The notes under the pieces: model-generated
The model's database searches: none
What the model was told of the DNA's origin: nothing
What the model saw: only the letters and a program-made list of their open reading frames with translations
Shown here: positions 56,026 through 64,000 of the stretch, piece after piece
Layout of the letters: each line of letters begins with the position of its first letter
Position numbering within the stretch: position 1 is the stretch's first letter
NCBI GenBank assembly: GCA_045127215.1
Contig: JBGVPV010000046.1
Coordinates: forward strand, 1,792-65,791
Length of the DNA stretch: 64,000 bases
Direction: 5' to 3'
Source: Eubacteriales bacterium
GTDB lineage: Bacteria > Bacillota > Clostridia > Oscillospirales > CAG-272
Position numbers and translations under genes: made by a program

Positions 56026-56054
56026 TTGACAAGAAACTGTTGCTATGTTATAAT
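56026..56054 (+). promoter_or_regulatory. Consensus sigma-A promoter of small-protein paralog 3
   Basis: TTGACA, 17 nt, TATAAT, preceded by a long A/T-rich tract. Confidence 0.6.
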
Positions 56055-56106
56055 GGTAAAAAATTGAATAAGATTTTTTTAAAAAAATTAAAAAGGAGAA
56101 AAGAAA

Positions 56107-56409
56107 ATGAAAAACAAAAAGTCTGTTAAACTCGTCTCGCTGCTTATGGTCGCTCTCGTTTTGATGACCGTATTAGCAATGCCCGCGCTTGCCGCAAGCG
56201 GTGCCGGCGAAGCCGCAGCCCCCACCTTCATTGAGAGATTATTTGACACAATCGTAGGAATATTCACCAGCCTGATCGACGCACTTTTCTTCATTATTAC
56301 TACATTGGCTCAGGCATTGTTTGACGTACTTATGGCAATAGTTGACTCTGTTAAGTGTCTGTTTGACACCCTCGTAAACATAATCAGATCCATAATTAAC
56401 TTGTTCTAA
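56107..56409 (+). CDS. Small secreted/membrane protein, paralog 3 of 3
   Basis: MKNKKSVKLVSLLMVALVLMTVLAMPALAA signal peptide, acidic/Ala linker and a hydrophobic-amphipathic 65-aa body ending in NLF. AAAGGAGAA RBS. Confidence 0.8.
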   Translation: MKNKKSVKLVSLLMVALVLMTVLAMPALAASGAGEAAAPTFIERLFDTIVGIFTSLIDALFFIITTLAQALFDVLMAIVDSVKCLFDTLVNIIRSIINLF

Positions 56410-56420
56410 AAGTTATCCTA

Positions 56421-56456
56421 AAGGCTTACCGCCGATATCGGCGGTAAGCCTTTTTT
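56421..56456 (+). terminator. Terminator
   Basis: Perfect 16-bp palindrome aaggcttaccgccgat / atcggcggtaagcctt followed by TTTTT. Confidence 0.85.
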
Positions 56457-56587
56457 GATTTATTCTAAATTTTTTTATTTTTCCCCCGAATATTTTCCTC
56501 ACACCGCTTGACATTTTTCGATACGTTTGGTATAATAGTTGCGTTTGAAACTGTTGCGTATGCAACTATTTTTAAGAGGTATAAAAA

Positions 56588-57028
56588 ATGCTAAGTTTTA
56601 TGAAGATGCTGAACAATATCAGCCGCTCTCAATCAGTATATCGGCACTCGCGGATCTCGGCAAGTGACTTGAATCCGGGGCACTACGCCTTCATACTTGC
56701 TATCTGCCGAGAGCCCGGGCGATCTCAGGAGGAGCTTGCGCGAGAGCTGTGCCTTAACAAGAGCACGGTTGCCAGAGCGCTCAACTCTCTTGAGACCAAC
56801 GGATATATTCTGAGGACTCCCATGCCAAACGACAAGCGTCAGTTTTCCGTCCATCCCACCGAAAAGATGCTCGGCGTTCTGCCTAAGGTAAGAAAAGCAT
56901 CGGCTGAATGGAGAGACCTGCTCTCCGAGGGAATATCCGAGAGTGATATGGAAATATTCAATTCGGTGCTTGAACGTATGGAAGAACGCGCGAGAACCAT
57001 TATTGAAAATCAGGAGGCGGTAAAATGA
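56588..57028 (+). CDS. MarR-family transcriptional regulator
   Basis: 146-aa wHTH (QEELARELCLNKSTVARALNSLETNGYILRTPMPNDKRQ). Confidence 0.88.
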   Translation: MLSFMKMLNNISRSQSVYRHSRISASDLNPGHYAFILAICREPGRSQEELARELCLNKSTVARALNSLETNGYILRTPMPNDKRQFSVHPTEKMLGVLPKVRKASAEWRDLLSEGISESDMEIFNSVLERMEERARTIIENQEAVK

Positions 57029-58743
57029 AGTGGATGCTTAAATACCTGAAGCCCCTGCGACTTCGACTTACAATAGGGATCTCAATAAAGTTCGTAGCGA
57101 CGACCGTAGAGCTTCTTATTCCCTTTCTGCTCAGCTACATACTTGAAAACGTAATAGTCACAAACGACGTCGGAAATATTCTGTTTTTCGGCTCTCTTAT
57201 GGCAATATGCGCGCTTGTCACCTGTATTGGCAATATAACGGCAAACAGAATGGCGGCAAAGACTGCCATGCTTTTTTCAAGACGTATGAGACGTGATCTT
57301 TTTGAAAAAACGCTCAATCTTTCCGCAAAAAGCACCGACAAGTTTACCATTCCCTCTCTTGAAGCAAGAATAACGTCAGACACCTACAACGTACAGAATT
57401 TCGTTACCATAATGCAGAAGATGGGCATCAGAGCGCCGATCCTTCTGATAGGCGGCACTGCCATCACTATGATTATGGACGTAAAGCTCGCGCTGGTTAT
57501 GCTGGCGACTCTGCCGCTGATATTCGTGATAATATACAGCATTTCCCGTATGGGTATTCCGCTTTACTCCAAGGTACACCATTCGGTTGACGGTATGATA
57601 AGAATAGTGCGTGAGGACGCTCAGGGTATCCGCGTTATCAAAGCACTATCCAAGATAGACTACGAAAACGCGCGCTTTGACAAGGCAAACAAGGCTCTCA
57701 AAAAGAGCGAGACGCGCGCGGGCGTGATAATGGGTGTGGCAAACCCCATTATGACTCTGCTTATGAATATGGGTATCGTTGCGGTAATCGCCGTAAGCGC
57801 GCATTTCGTATCCAAGGGTAGCTCGTCAGCCACCACAGTTATCGCGTTTATGCAGTATTTTACTCTGATATCCATGGCGATGATGTCACTCTCGCGACTC
57901 TTCGTAATGTACACGCGCTGTGCCGATTCCGCAGCCCGCATATCATTAGTAATGAATGAAGAAAGCGAGCTTACCGTTTGCGAGGACGACGGACGCGGAG
58001 ATACTTCCCTGCACATATCCTTTGAGGACGTCAGCTTCTCGTATCTCGGCAAGAAAAACGACCTCAAAAACGTTTCCTTCTCCTTAAAAAGAGGACAGAC
58101 CCTCGGTATTATCGGCGCTACGGGAAGCGGTAAATCCACGCTTCTTCGCCTGCTTATGCGCTTCTACGACACAAACTCCGGTATTATCCGTATAAACGGC
58201 AAGGACGTGCGCTCCTACACCCCCGAACAGCTTACCGCTATGTTCGGCGTGGTCTTCCAGAACGACTTTATCTATGCTGACACTATCGAGGAAAATATAC
58301 GCTTCGGACGTGATATCTCACGCGAGGATATAGAAAAAGCCGCAAAGATAGCTCAGGCTCACGATTTTATCTGCGCGATCCCCGACGGATACGCTCACGC
58401 CGTTTCCACGGGAGGCACCAATCTCTCGGGCGGTCAGCGTCAGCGTGTGCTCATATCACGCGCGATAGCGGGTAACCCCGAAATACTTATACTTGATGAC
58501 TCCTCGTCCGCGCTTGACTACAAGACCGATGCAAATCTTCGTCTTGCGCTCTCCACAGCTCTCCCCGACTCCACGGTCATAACCGTAGCACAGAGAGTAA
58601 GCTCGGTAAAGAACTGTGATCTTATTCTCGTTATAGAAAACGGTGAGATAATAGGTCACGGCAAGCACGAGGAGCTTATGCAAACCTGCTCTGAATACAA
58701 AGAGATCAGCGACTCACAGATGGGAGGTGCTTTCCTTGACTGA
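57025..58743 (+). CDS. ABC transporter permease/ATP-binding protein (exporter half, subunit 1)
   Basis: Six-TM domain plus an NBD with Walker A GATGSGKST, signature LSGGQRQR and Walker B ILILDD. Confidence 0.93.
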   Translation: MKWMLKYLKPLRLRLTIGISIKFVATTVELLIPFLLSYILENVIVTNDVGNILFFGSLMAICALVTCIGNITANRMAAKTAMLFSRRMRRDLFEKTLNLSAKSTDKFTIPSLEARITSDTYNVQNFVTIMQKMGIRAPILLIGGTAITMIMDVKLALVMLATLPLIFVIIYSISRMGIPLYSKVHHSVDGMIRIVREDAQGIRVIKALSKIDYENARFDKANKALKKSETRAGVIMGVANPIMTLLMNMGIVAVIAVSAHFVSKGSSSATTVIAFMQYFTLISMAMMSLSRLFVMYTRCADSAARISLVMNEESELTVCEDDGRGDTSLHISFEDVSFSYLGKKNDLKNVSFSLKRGQTLGIIGATGSGKSTLLRLLMRFYDTNSGIIRINGKDVRSYTPEQLTAMFGVVFQNDFIYADTIEENIRFGRDISREDIEKAAKIAQAHDFICAIPDGYAHAVSTGGTNLSGGQRQRVLISRAIAGNPEILILDDSSSALDYKTDANLRLALSTALPDSTVITVAQRVSSVKNCDLILVIENGEIIGHGKHEELMQTCSEYKEISDSQMGGAFLD

Positions 58744-60535
58744 TAAGAAAACCAACGAAAAAAAGCCAAAGCTTAAAAAAGGCATCTTCTTCAGACTCAG
58801 CCGATATGTGCTTCTTCAGTGGCCGCTGTTTATAACTGCCCTGGCACTTACGCTTGGCTCAAACCAGCTATCTCTGCTCGGCCCAAAATACTCGGGCGCG
58901 GCGATTGACTCAATAGTAGACGAAAGCGGTGTAAACTTCCCTGCCGTATGGGAAAATATCGCCCTCATGATCGGCTGCTACGTAATATCCACACTGCTTT
59001 CCTACGCGCTGTCCGTGGTAATGTTAAACCTCAGCCAGCGTACCATCTACAAGATGCGTAAGCAGGTATTCGAAAAGCTGACCACGCTTCCCGTAAGCTA
59101 TTTTGACACTCACGCGACGGGTGACATCATAAGCCATTTGTCGTACGACATCGACACCATCAACAGCACCCTCTCCCACGATCTGATACAGGTAATGACG
59201 AGCATTTATACCGTCATCGGCTCGCTCGTATTTATGTGGAACATATCAAAGCCAATGATACTTATCTTTACGATAACCGTTCCCGCATCCATACTTTTCA
59301 CGCGCTACCGTTCAAAAGTAGCTCGCCCCGCTTTCCGAAAGAGAGCTAAAAAGTACGGTGAGCTGAACGGCTTTGCCGAGGAGATGCTGACAGGCTCGCG
59401 CACAATTTCCGCCTACGGACGCCAGGAGGAGATATCCTCGCGATTCAACAAGATCAACGACGAGGCAATGGACGCCTTCTGCAACGCGGAATGTCAGGCG
59501 GCAATACTCTTCCCCACGATAAATTTCATCAACAATATCTCCCTGACGCTCGTTGCCATAATGGGCGGTGTGCTTTATATGTACTCACAAAACGGCACAT
59601 TCCTTGCAACCTCCGCGTTTTTCATATCGCTTGGCGGTGTGGCACAGTTCGTACAGTATTCGAGAAGATTCGCAGGGCCTATAAACGAGTTCTCAAACAT
59701 TCTTCACGAATTCCAGTCGGCGTTCTCTGCCGCAGAGCGTGTCTTTGCAATACTTGACGAAAAACCCGAGCCCGAGGACAAGCCCGACGCGCAGGCAATG
59801 ACCGACGTCAGAGGCGACGTTGAGATAAACGACGTAACCTTTGGATACACGGACGACAAGATCATACTCAAAAACGTATCAGTTCACGCGCCGCACGGCA
59901 AGACCGTGGCGATAGTAGGCCCTACGGGCGCGGGAAAAACCACCATTATAAACCTTTTGATGAGATTTTACGATCAGCAAAGCGGTGAGATACGCATAGA
60001 CGGCATACCTTCGATAGACATAAAGCGCAAGGATATGCGACTCGCCTTTACTATGGTGCTTCAGGACACCTGGCTCTTCCGCGGAACTATATACGAAAAC
60101 ATAGTTTACGGCAGAGAGGACGCCACTCCCGAGGAGGTCTATGCCGCCGCAAAGAGCGCCAAAATCGCCTCTTACGTCGAAAGTCTTCCCGACGGCTACG
60201 ATACCATACTCACGGACGACGGCGTCAATATCTCAAAGGGACAAAAACAGCTGATAACCATTGCCCGCGCATTCCTGTCAAAAGCGCCTATCCTCATTCT
60301 CGACGAGGCTACCTCAAACGTTGACTCGCGCACCGAGATACAGATACAGAACGCTATGAATAAGCTCATGGAAAACAAGACCTGCTTTATAATCGCTCAC
60401 CGCCTTTCCACCATACAGAACGCCGATGTCATTCTCGTAGTAAAGGACGGAAATATCATAGAGCAAGGCAACCACGACGAGCTTATCAAGGCAAGGGGAT
60501 TCTACCATTCCCTTTACTACTCTCAGTTCAACTGA
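58736..60535 (+). CDS. ABC transporter permease/ATP-binding protein (exporter half, subunit 2)
   Basis: TM domain plus an NBD with GPTGAGKTT, ISKGQKQL (degenerate signature) and ILILDEAT. I prefer the TTG at 58736, 8 nt after GGGAGG; the ORF opens at 58727. Confidence 0.9.
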   Translation: MTDKKTNEKKPKLKKGIFFRLSRYVLLQWPLFITALALTLGSNQLSLLGPKYSGAAIDSIVDESGVNFPAVWENIALMIGCYVISTLLSYALSVVMLNLSQRTIYKMRKQVFEKLTTLPVSYFDTHATGDIISHLSYDIDTINSTLSHDLIQVMTSIYTVIGSLVFMWNISKPMILIFTITVPASILFTRYRSKVARPAFRKRAKKYGELNGFAEEMLTGSRTISAYGRQEEISSRFNKINDEAMDAFCNAECQAAILFPTINFINNISLTLVAIMGGVLYMYSQNGTFLATSAFFISLGGVAQFVQYSRRFAGPINEFSNILHEFQSAFSAAERVFAILDEKPEPEDKPDAQAMTDVRGDVEINDVTFGYTDDKIILKNVSVHAPHGKTVAIVGPTGAGKTTIINLLMRFYDQQSGEIRIDGIPSIDIKRKDMRLAFTMVLQDTWLFRGTIYENIVYGREDATPEEVYAAAKSAKIASYVESLPDGYDTILTDDGVNISKGQKQLITIARAFLSKAPILILDEATSNVDSRTEIQIQNAMNKLMENKTCFIIAHRLSTIQNADVILVVKDGNIIEQGNHDELIKARGFYHSLYYSQFN

Positions 60536-60677
60536 TAGCTCTATGCCGCTGCGGTATAATTTGTCAGCATTTTCCCACCGTTTTTTCGACTTAATCTCTT
60601 TACAAAATACAATATGTGTGCTATAATTAGCCACGGGGCTTGTAAAAGACCTATTTTTAAAAGCTTTGGAGAAGATT

Positions 60678-61565
60678 ATGAAAATCAAGAACACCGCAAA
60701 GCAGTTAGCTTACGATACGGTTTATTCAATAATAGCGGGATTTATAGTCGGTACTGCCTTTCACTTTTTTCAGAACAGCAACGAGTTCGCCCCGGGCGGC
60801 GTTGGCGGTCTTGCCACCATCACCTCACACCTGATCGGAAGTCAGGCGAGCTGGTCTATTCTGATGGTAGCGTTTAACCTGCCTATCTTTATTCTGCTGA
60901 GTATATTTATAAACCGAAAGCTCGGTACCATGCTCAGTATTTATATGATAACGCAGTCGGTTATGCCGTATTTTTATAACGCCATCGGCGGAAAGCCTTA
61001 TTGCCTTGCAAATAATTCCGACGACTTCAACATTGTATTTGCCTGCATAGCTACGGGAGTTATCTCGGGCGTGGGCTTTTCAATGATGATAAAGCATTTT
61101 GGAGCGGGAGGCGGCACTTACGGTATTTCCGCACTAATAAAACTCAAAAAGCCTGAGCTGAATATCGCATCCGTTTCCTTTGGAATGGACGCCGCCGTGG
61201 TCGTCATCGCATTCTTCGTTTACGGAAACAAAATCACCCCCGTTATCTGTACTATGATAAACCTCTTTATCGCGAATATGATAGTGGATAACGGTCTTAA
61301 CGGTATGAAAAACGGCTATAAATTTGAGATCATCACAAACGATCCCACCGCGCTCTCTCAGGAGCTTATGGAAAAGCTCAAGCACGGCGTTACCCGAATT
61401 CAGGTTCACGGAATGTACTCGGATACCGACAAATATATGCTGATGTGCGTTATAAACAAGCGTCAGATAGGTGAAATGATGAGAATACTCAAATCGCACC
61501 CCGACACATTTGCAAGCTTTGGAAAAGTAAACGAAGTATTCGGAAACTTCAAAAGACGTACATAA
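60678..61565 (+). CDS. YitT-family membrane protein (DUF2179 C-terminal domain)
   Basis: The N-terminus AYDTVYSIIAGFIVGTAFHFFQNSNEFAPGGVGGLA is typical of YitT. The soluble C-terminal domain ends with a GEMMRILKSHPDTFAS-type block. Confidence 0.85.
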   Translation: MKIKNTAKQLAYDTVYSIIAGFIVGTAFHFFQNSNEFAPGGVGGLATITSHLIGSQASWSILMVAFNLPIFILLSIFINRKLGTMLSIYMITQSVMPYFYNAIGGKPYCLANNSDDFNIVFACIATGVISGVGFSMMIKHFGAGGGTYGISALIKLKKPELNIASVSFGMDAAVVVIAFFVYGNKITPVICTMINLFIANMIVDNGLNGMKNGYKFEIITNDPTALSQELMEKLKHGVTRIQVHGMYSDTDKYMLMCVINKRQIGEMMRILKSHPDTFASFGKVNEVFGNFKRRT

Positions 61566-61580
61566 ATATTAAAAAAATAC

Positions 61581-61620
61581 AAAAAAAGCGCAGGAAATAC
61601 GCCCTGCGCTTTCATTTTTT
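61581..61620 (+). terminator. Terminator
   Basis: agcgcagg ... ccctgcgct hairpin followed by TTCATTTTTT. Confidence 0.7.
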
Positions 61621-61749
61621 GTGCGAATTTTTAATGAGATTGTTAATAAATTATCTTTTTCTGCATAAATGTTCAAAAATCTCTTGCAATTGTTTGTAAT
61701 ATATGATACAATATCGTATATTATCTTATTATAGCAAAGGAGAAAAGCT

Positions 61750-63840
61750 ATGAAAAAATTATTAACAGCATTATTGGCTATCGTGATGGTTCTTTCAATG
61801 GTGAGCTGTGATATCAACGACGTTATATCAAAGATCCCCTTCCTCGGACCCCACGAACACAACTTTGTTCTTTCCGAGGCTGATTCGACCCCGGCTACCT
61901 GCCTTGCAGGCGGCGTAGAGGTTAAGGTCTGCTCCTGCGGTGAGAAACAGGAAACCGCACTTGAGGCTACCGGACACAGCTTGAGAGCCGCTGCTTTCAC
62001 ACCCAGCTGTACCGAAGCTGTCACGAAGACAGAGACCTGTACTCGTTGCGGCACAAAGATACGCACAAAGATTGAAGCTACCGGACACAATTTTGAAGAA
62101 AATCCCTCCGAGCCCTCCAGACTTGCACGCTGCCTGAATGAAAACTGCGGCGCTTGCACCTGGGTTGAGTACGAAGGAAAGCATACAGAAGCTCTTACGT
62201 TCAACTTCACCAAGGAGCACGAGGCAGCGCTTGACGCAATGTACGACGAGATCCTCGCTGCCCTCGACGCAACTGACAGATACGATCCCGCCCTCCACGC
62301 ATTTGCTGAGGAAGGCGCACTTGCTGAGGCTTACAAGGCCCTTGATGACAAACACACCGAATACTACGAGATGGTTCTTTATGCAATATCTCAGAAGCAA
62401 CTCGCAGAGATCGCTTACTATTGCGATATGGATAACGATGAGCTTAAGGAAACTATGGAGTACATGAACGAGTACTACACCGCTATCATAGCTAAGTTCT
62501 ATACTCTCTCCCGTCCCTTCTACGATTCCTGCTACCGTGAGTTCTACTACCAGGGTATGACGGATGAGGAGATCAATTCCTTCCTCTTCGATTCTGACAC
62601 AGTATCCAACCCTGAGTACACCGCTCTCAAGAACAGAAACAGTGAGATCGAGACTACCTTCATAGCAATGAGCGATGCTGAGAAGAAGCTTAACGTGGCT
62701 ACACTCTACGCTGAGTTTGCTGAGAACAACAACAAGATGGCTAAGCTTATGGGCTACGACAACTACCTTGAGTACGCATACGAAAACGTTTACGGAAGAG
62801 ATTACACCTACGAGGAAGCAGGACAGTTTGCCGACTACGTAAAGACCTACCTCTCCCCCGTATTCAGCGCAGTTTACACAAAGTGGGATAATATCGCAGC
62901 AGACTCTCAGAAGTCCATCGACCAGTACTACACTCAGGTAAGAGATTCCTTCTTTGAGTCTGTCGACGGTAACACACTCGTTAACGATTACATCGATCTC
63001 CTCGAGTTCAACACCAACCCCGAGAAGATGATCACCTTCTCCGATGAGTTCAACAAGCTCATGAGCGAGGGTAACATGTTCAGAGGCGACTACGAGGGCG
63101 CATTCGTTACAACTATCGGCTTTGCAAACCTTCCCATCGCTTACTTTGGTCCCGGATATGACAACGCGTTTACTATCGTCCACGAGTTCGGTCACTACAT
63201 GAACGAAATATACAGCATGGGAGTCAGCGATACACACCCCAACTTTGATCAGTCCTACGACCTGCTTGAGATGCACTCTCAGGGTAATGAGCTTCTCTAC
63301 CTCTGCTACGTAAAGGAAAATGCAGAGTTCAGCGAGGTTGCTATCGATCTTATCGAGAGCTACACGCTCGTTAACATGCTCTACCCCGTACTTGCAGGTA
63401 TGACGATCGACACCTTCGAGCAGGCTATTTACCTCGGTACTTACGACGGACTCGGAGCTGACGTTATTATGGCAGACGGCAAGATCACCGCGGACGAGTA
63501 CCACGATCTCTACTCCTACATTTGTGAGGACTTCGGCGGCAAGGGCGTTCTCGACGGTTACTGGGAGCACGGTATGACAATTACCTCTCCTTGCTACTAC
63601 ATCTCTTACAGCGCATCTGCAATGGCAGTTCTCCAGCTCTACGAGATGGCTAACACAGACGGATTTGACGCAGCTAAGGCTTCTTACCTCAAGCTCTTCA
63701 CATACGTTGACGTAAATCCCGAGATGACATTGAACGAGACTCTTGCATACGCAGGAATGCTCACATATCAGGATAAGGGTCTTTACGAGGCTCTCTACAA
63801 TTACTTCAGCGTATACTACGCACCCTACATGCCTAAGTAA
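61750..63840 (+). CDS. Lipoprotein zinc metallopeptidase, M3/oligoendopeptidase-F-like, with N-terminal duplicated Cys-rich modules
   Basis: Lipobox LSMVSC. Two ATGH-x(n)-C...C-x-C / CxxC modules in residues about 30-140. HEFGH zinc motif at TIVHEFGHYMNE. Confidence 0.8.
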   Translation: MKKLLTALLAIVMVLSMVSCDINDVISKIPFLGPHEHNFVLSEADSTPATCLAGGVEVKVCSCGEKQETALEATGHSLRAAAFTPSCTEAVTKTETCTRCGTKIRTKIEATGHNFEENPSEPSRLARCLNENCGACTWVEYEGKHTEALTFNFTKEHEAALDAMYDEILAALDATDRYDPALHAFAEEGALAEAYKALDDKHTEYYEMVLYAISQKQLAEIAYYCDMDNDELKETMEYMNEYYTAIIAKFYTLSRPFYDSCYREFYYQGMTDEEINSFLFDSDTVSNPEYTALKNRNSEIETTFIAMSDAEKKLNVATLYAEFAENNNKMAKLMGYDNYLEYAYENVYGRDYTYEEAGQFADYVKTYLSPVFSAVYTKWDNIAADSQKSIDQYYTQVRDSFFESVDGNTLVNDYIDLLEFNTNPEKMITFSDEFNKLMSEGNMFRGDYEGAFVTTIGFANLPIAYFGPGYDNAFTIVHEFGHYMNEIYSMGVSDTHPNFDQSYDLLEMHSQGNELLYLCYVKENAEFSEVAIDLIESYTLVNMLYPVLAGMTIDTFEQAIYLGTYDGLGADVIMADGKITADEYHDLYSYICEDFGGKGVLDGYWEHGMTITSPCYYISYSASAMAVLQLYEMANTDGFDAAKASYLKLFTYVDVNPEMTLNETLAYAGMLTYQDKGLYEALYNYFSVYYAPYMPK

Positions 63841-63854
63841 TCATTAAAACAATA

Positions 63855-63892
63855 AAAATCTCCTATGGCAATTTGCCATAGGAGATTTTTTA
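63855..63892. terminator. Bidirectional terminator
   Basis: atctcctatggca att tgccataggagat hairpin flanked by A- and T-runs between convergent genes. Confidence 0.85.
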
Positions 63893-63905
63893 TTTTACTT
63901 ACCTA

Positions 63906-64000
63906 TCACGGCATCTGAGCGGTACCGCCCTCAAGCTGTGACTTTTGGAACTGAAGCATATAGAGGTCGTAATATCTTCCCTTCTTGGCAAGCAGATCAA
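63906..64000 (-). CDS. C-terminal end of an ABC transporter ATP-binding protein (partial; continues beyond the window)
   Basis: The minus-strand translation ...DLLAKKGRYYDLYMLQFQKSQLEGGTAQMP-stop is a typical ABC exporter NBD C-terminus. Confidence 0.6.
   Translation of the reverse strand, partial: DLLAKKGRYYDLYMLQFQKSQLEGGTAQMP

Noticed and set aside
56588-60535. MarR plus two ABC exporter genes as a dedicated exporter/immunity system for the neighbouring small hydrophobic protein.
   Set aside because: The ABC proteins are 572 and 602 aa, with no N-terminal C39 peptidase domain. The small protein has a Sec signal peptide rather than a double-glycine leader, and it has its own terminator. 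This looks like an ordinary MarR-controlled heterodimeric multidrug-type exporter.
61828-63570. 580-aa minus-strand ORF opposite the M3-like peptidase gene.
   Set aside because: The plus-strand product has a lipobox, an HEFGH motif and a good RBS. The antisense translation is a Val/Leu/Ser-rich shadow frame.

Overview
The window looks like a Bacillota (Clostridia-like) chromosome segment with three parts.

**1. Core housekeeping block, about 1-21.9 kb.** It holds a sugar transferase, a methyltransferase, a PlsC-type acyltransferase, a DUF3794/LysM protein, then a DUF512 radical-SAM gene followed by der, obg, ppa, queH and eno. An isolated rpoB-rpoC pair, an alkaline phosphatase and rpsT complete it.

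**2. Accessory patch of secreted, lipo- and small membrane proteins, about 22.3-30 kb.** Three transcription units here carry near-identical copies of an 86-125 bp cassette that contains a consensus sigma-A promoter.

**3. Integrated mobilizable element, about 23.8 kb (31757..55586).**
- It sits between the two halves of a tRNA-Leu(CAG) gene that is split in the anticodon loop.
- It carries its own intact tRNA-Leu(CAG).
- Backbone genes are a large serine recombinase, MobC plus relaxase, a wHTH Rep-like protein, a sigma-region-4 HTH protein and a Cys-rich KTR protein.
- Its main cargo, which I consider the most interesting system in the window, starts with an AgrA/AgrC-like LytTR two-component system. 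Matching direct-repeat boxes lie in front of two promoters.
- That system is followed by a SipW/TasA-type locus: two archaeal/ER-type signal peptidases, four proteins with SipW-class signal motifs, and an 1853-aa beta-helix surface protein. One of the four is a membrane protein whose cytoplasmic tail resembles the C-terminal domain of ribosomal protein uL15.
- Other cargo: a coiled-coil protein plus DUF2971 pair, an AT-rich orphan gene, and structured non-coding regions.

**Right of the element:** a third paralog of the small membrane proteins, a MarR plus heterodimeric ABC exporter unit, a YitT-family protein and an M3-like lipoprotein peptidase.

Every call comes from reading the translations and the DNA by eye. 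No database search was run, so family names are recollections of motifs and need HMM or BLAST confirmation.
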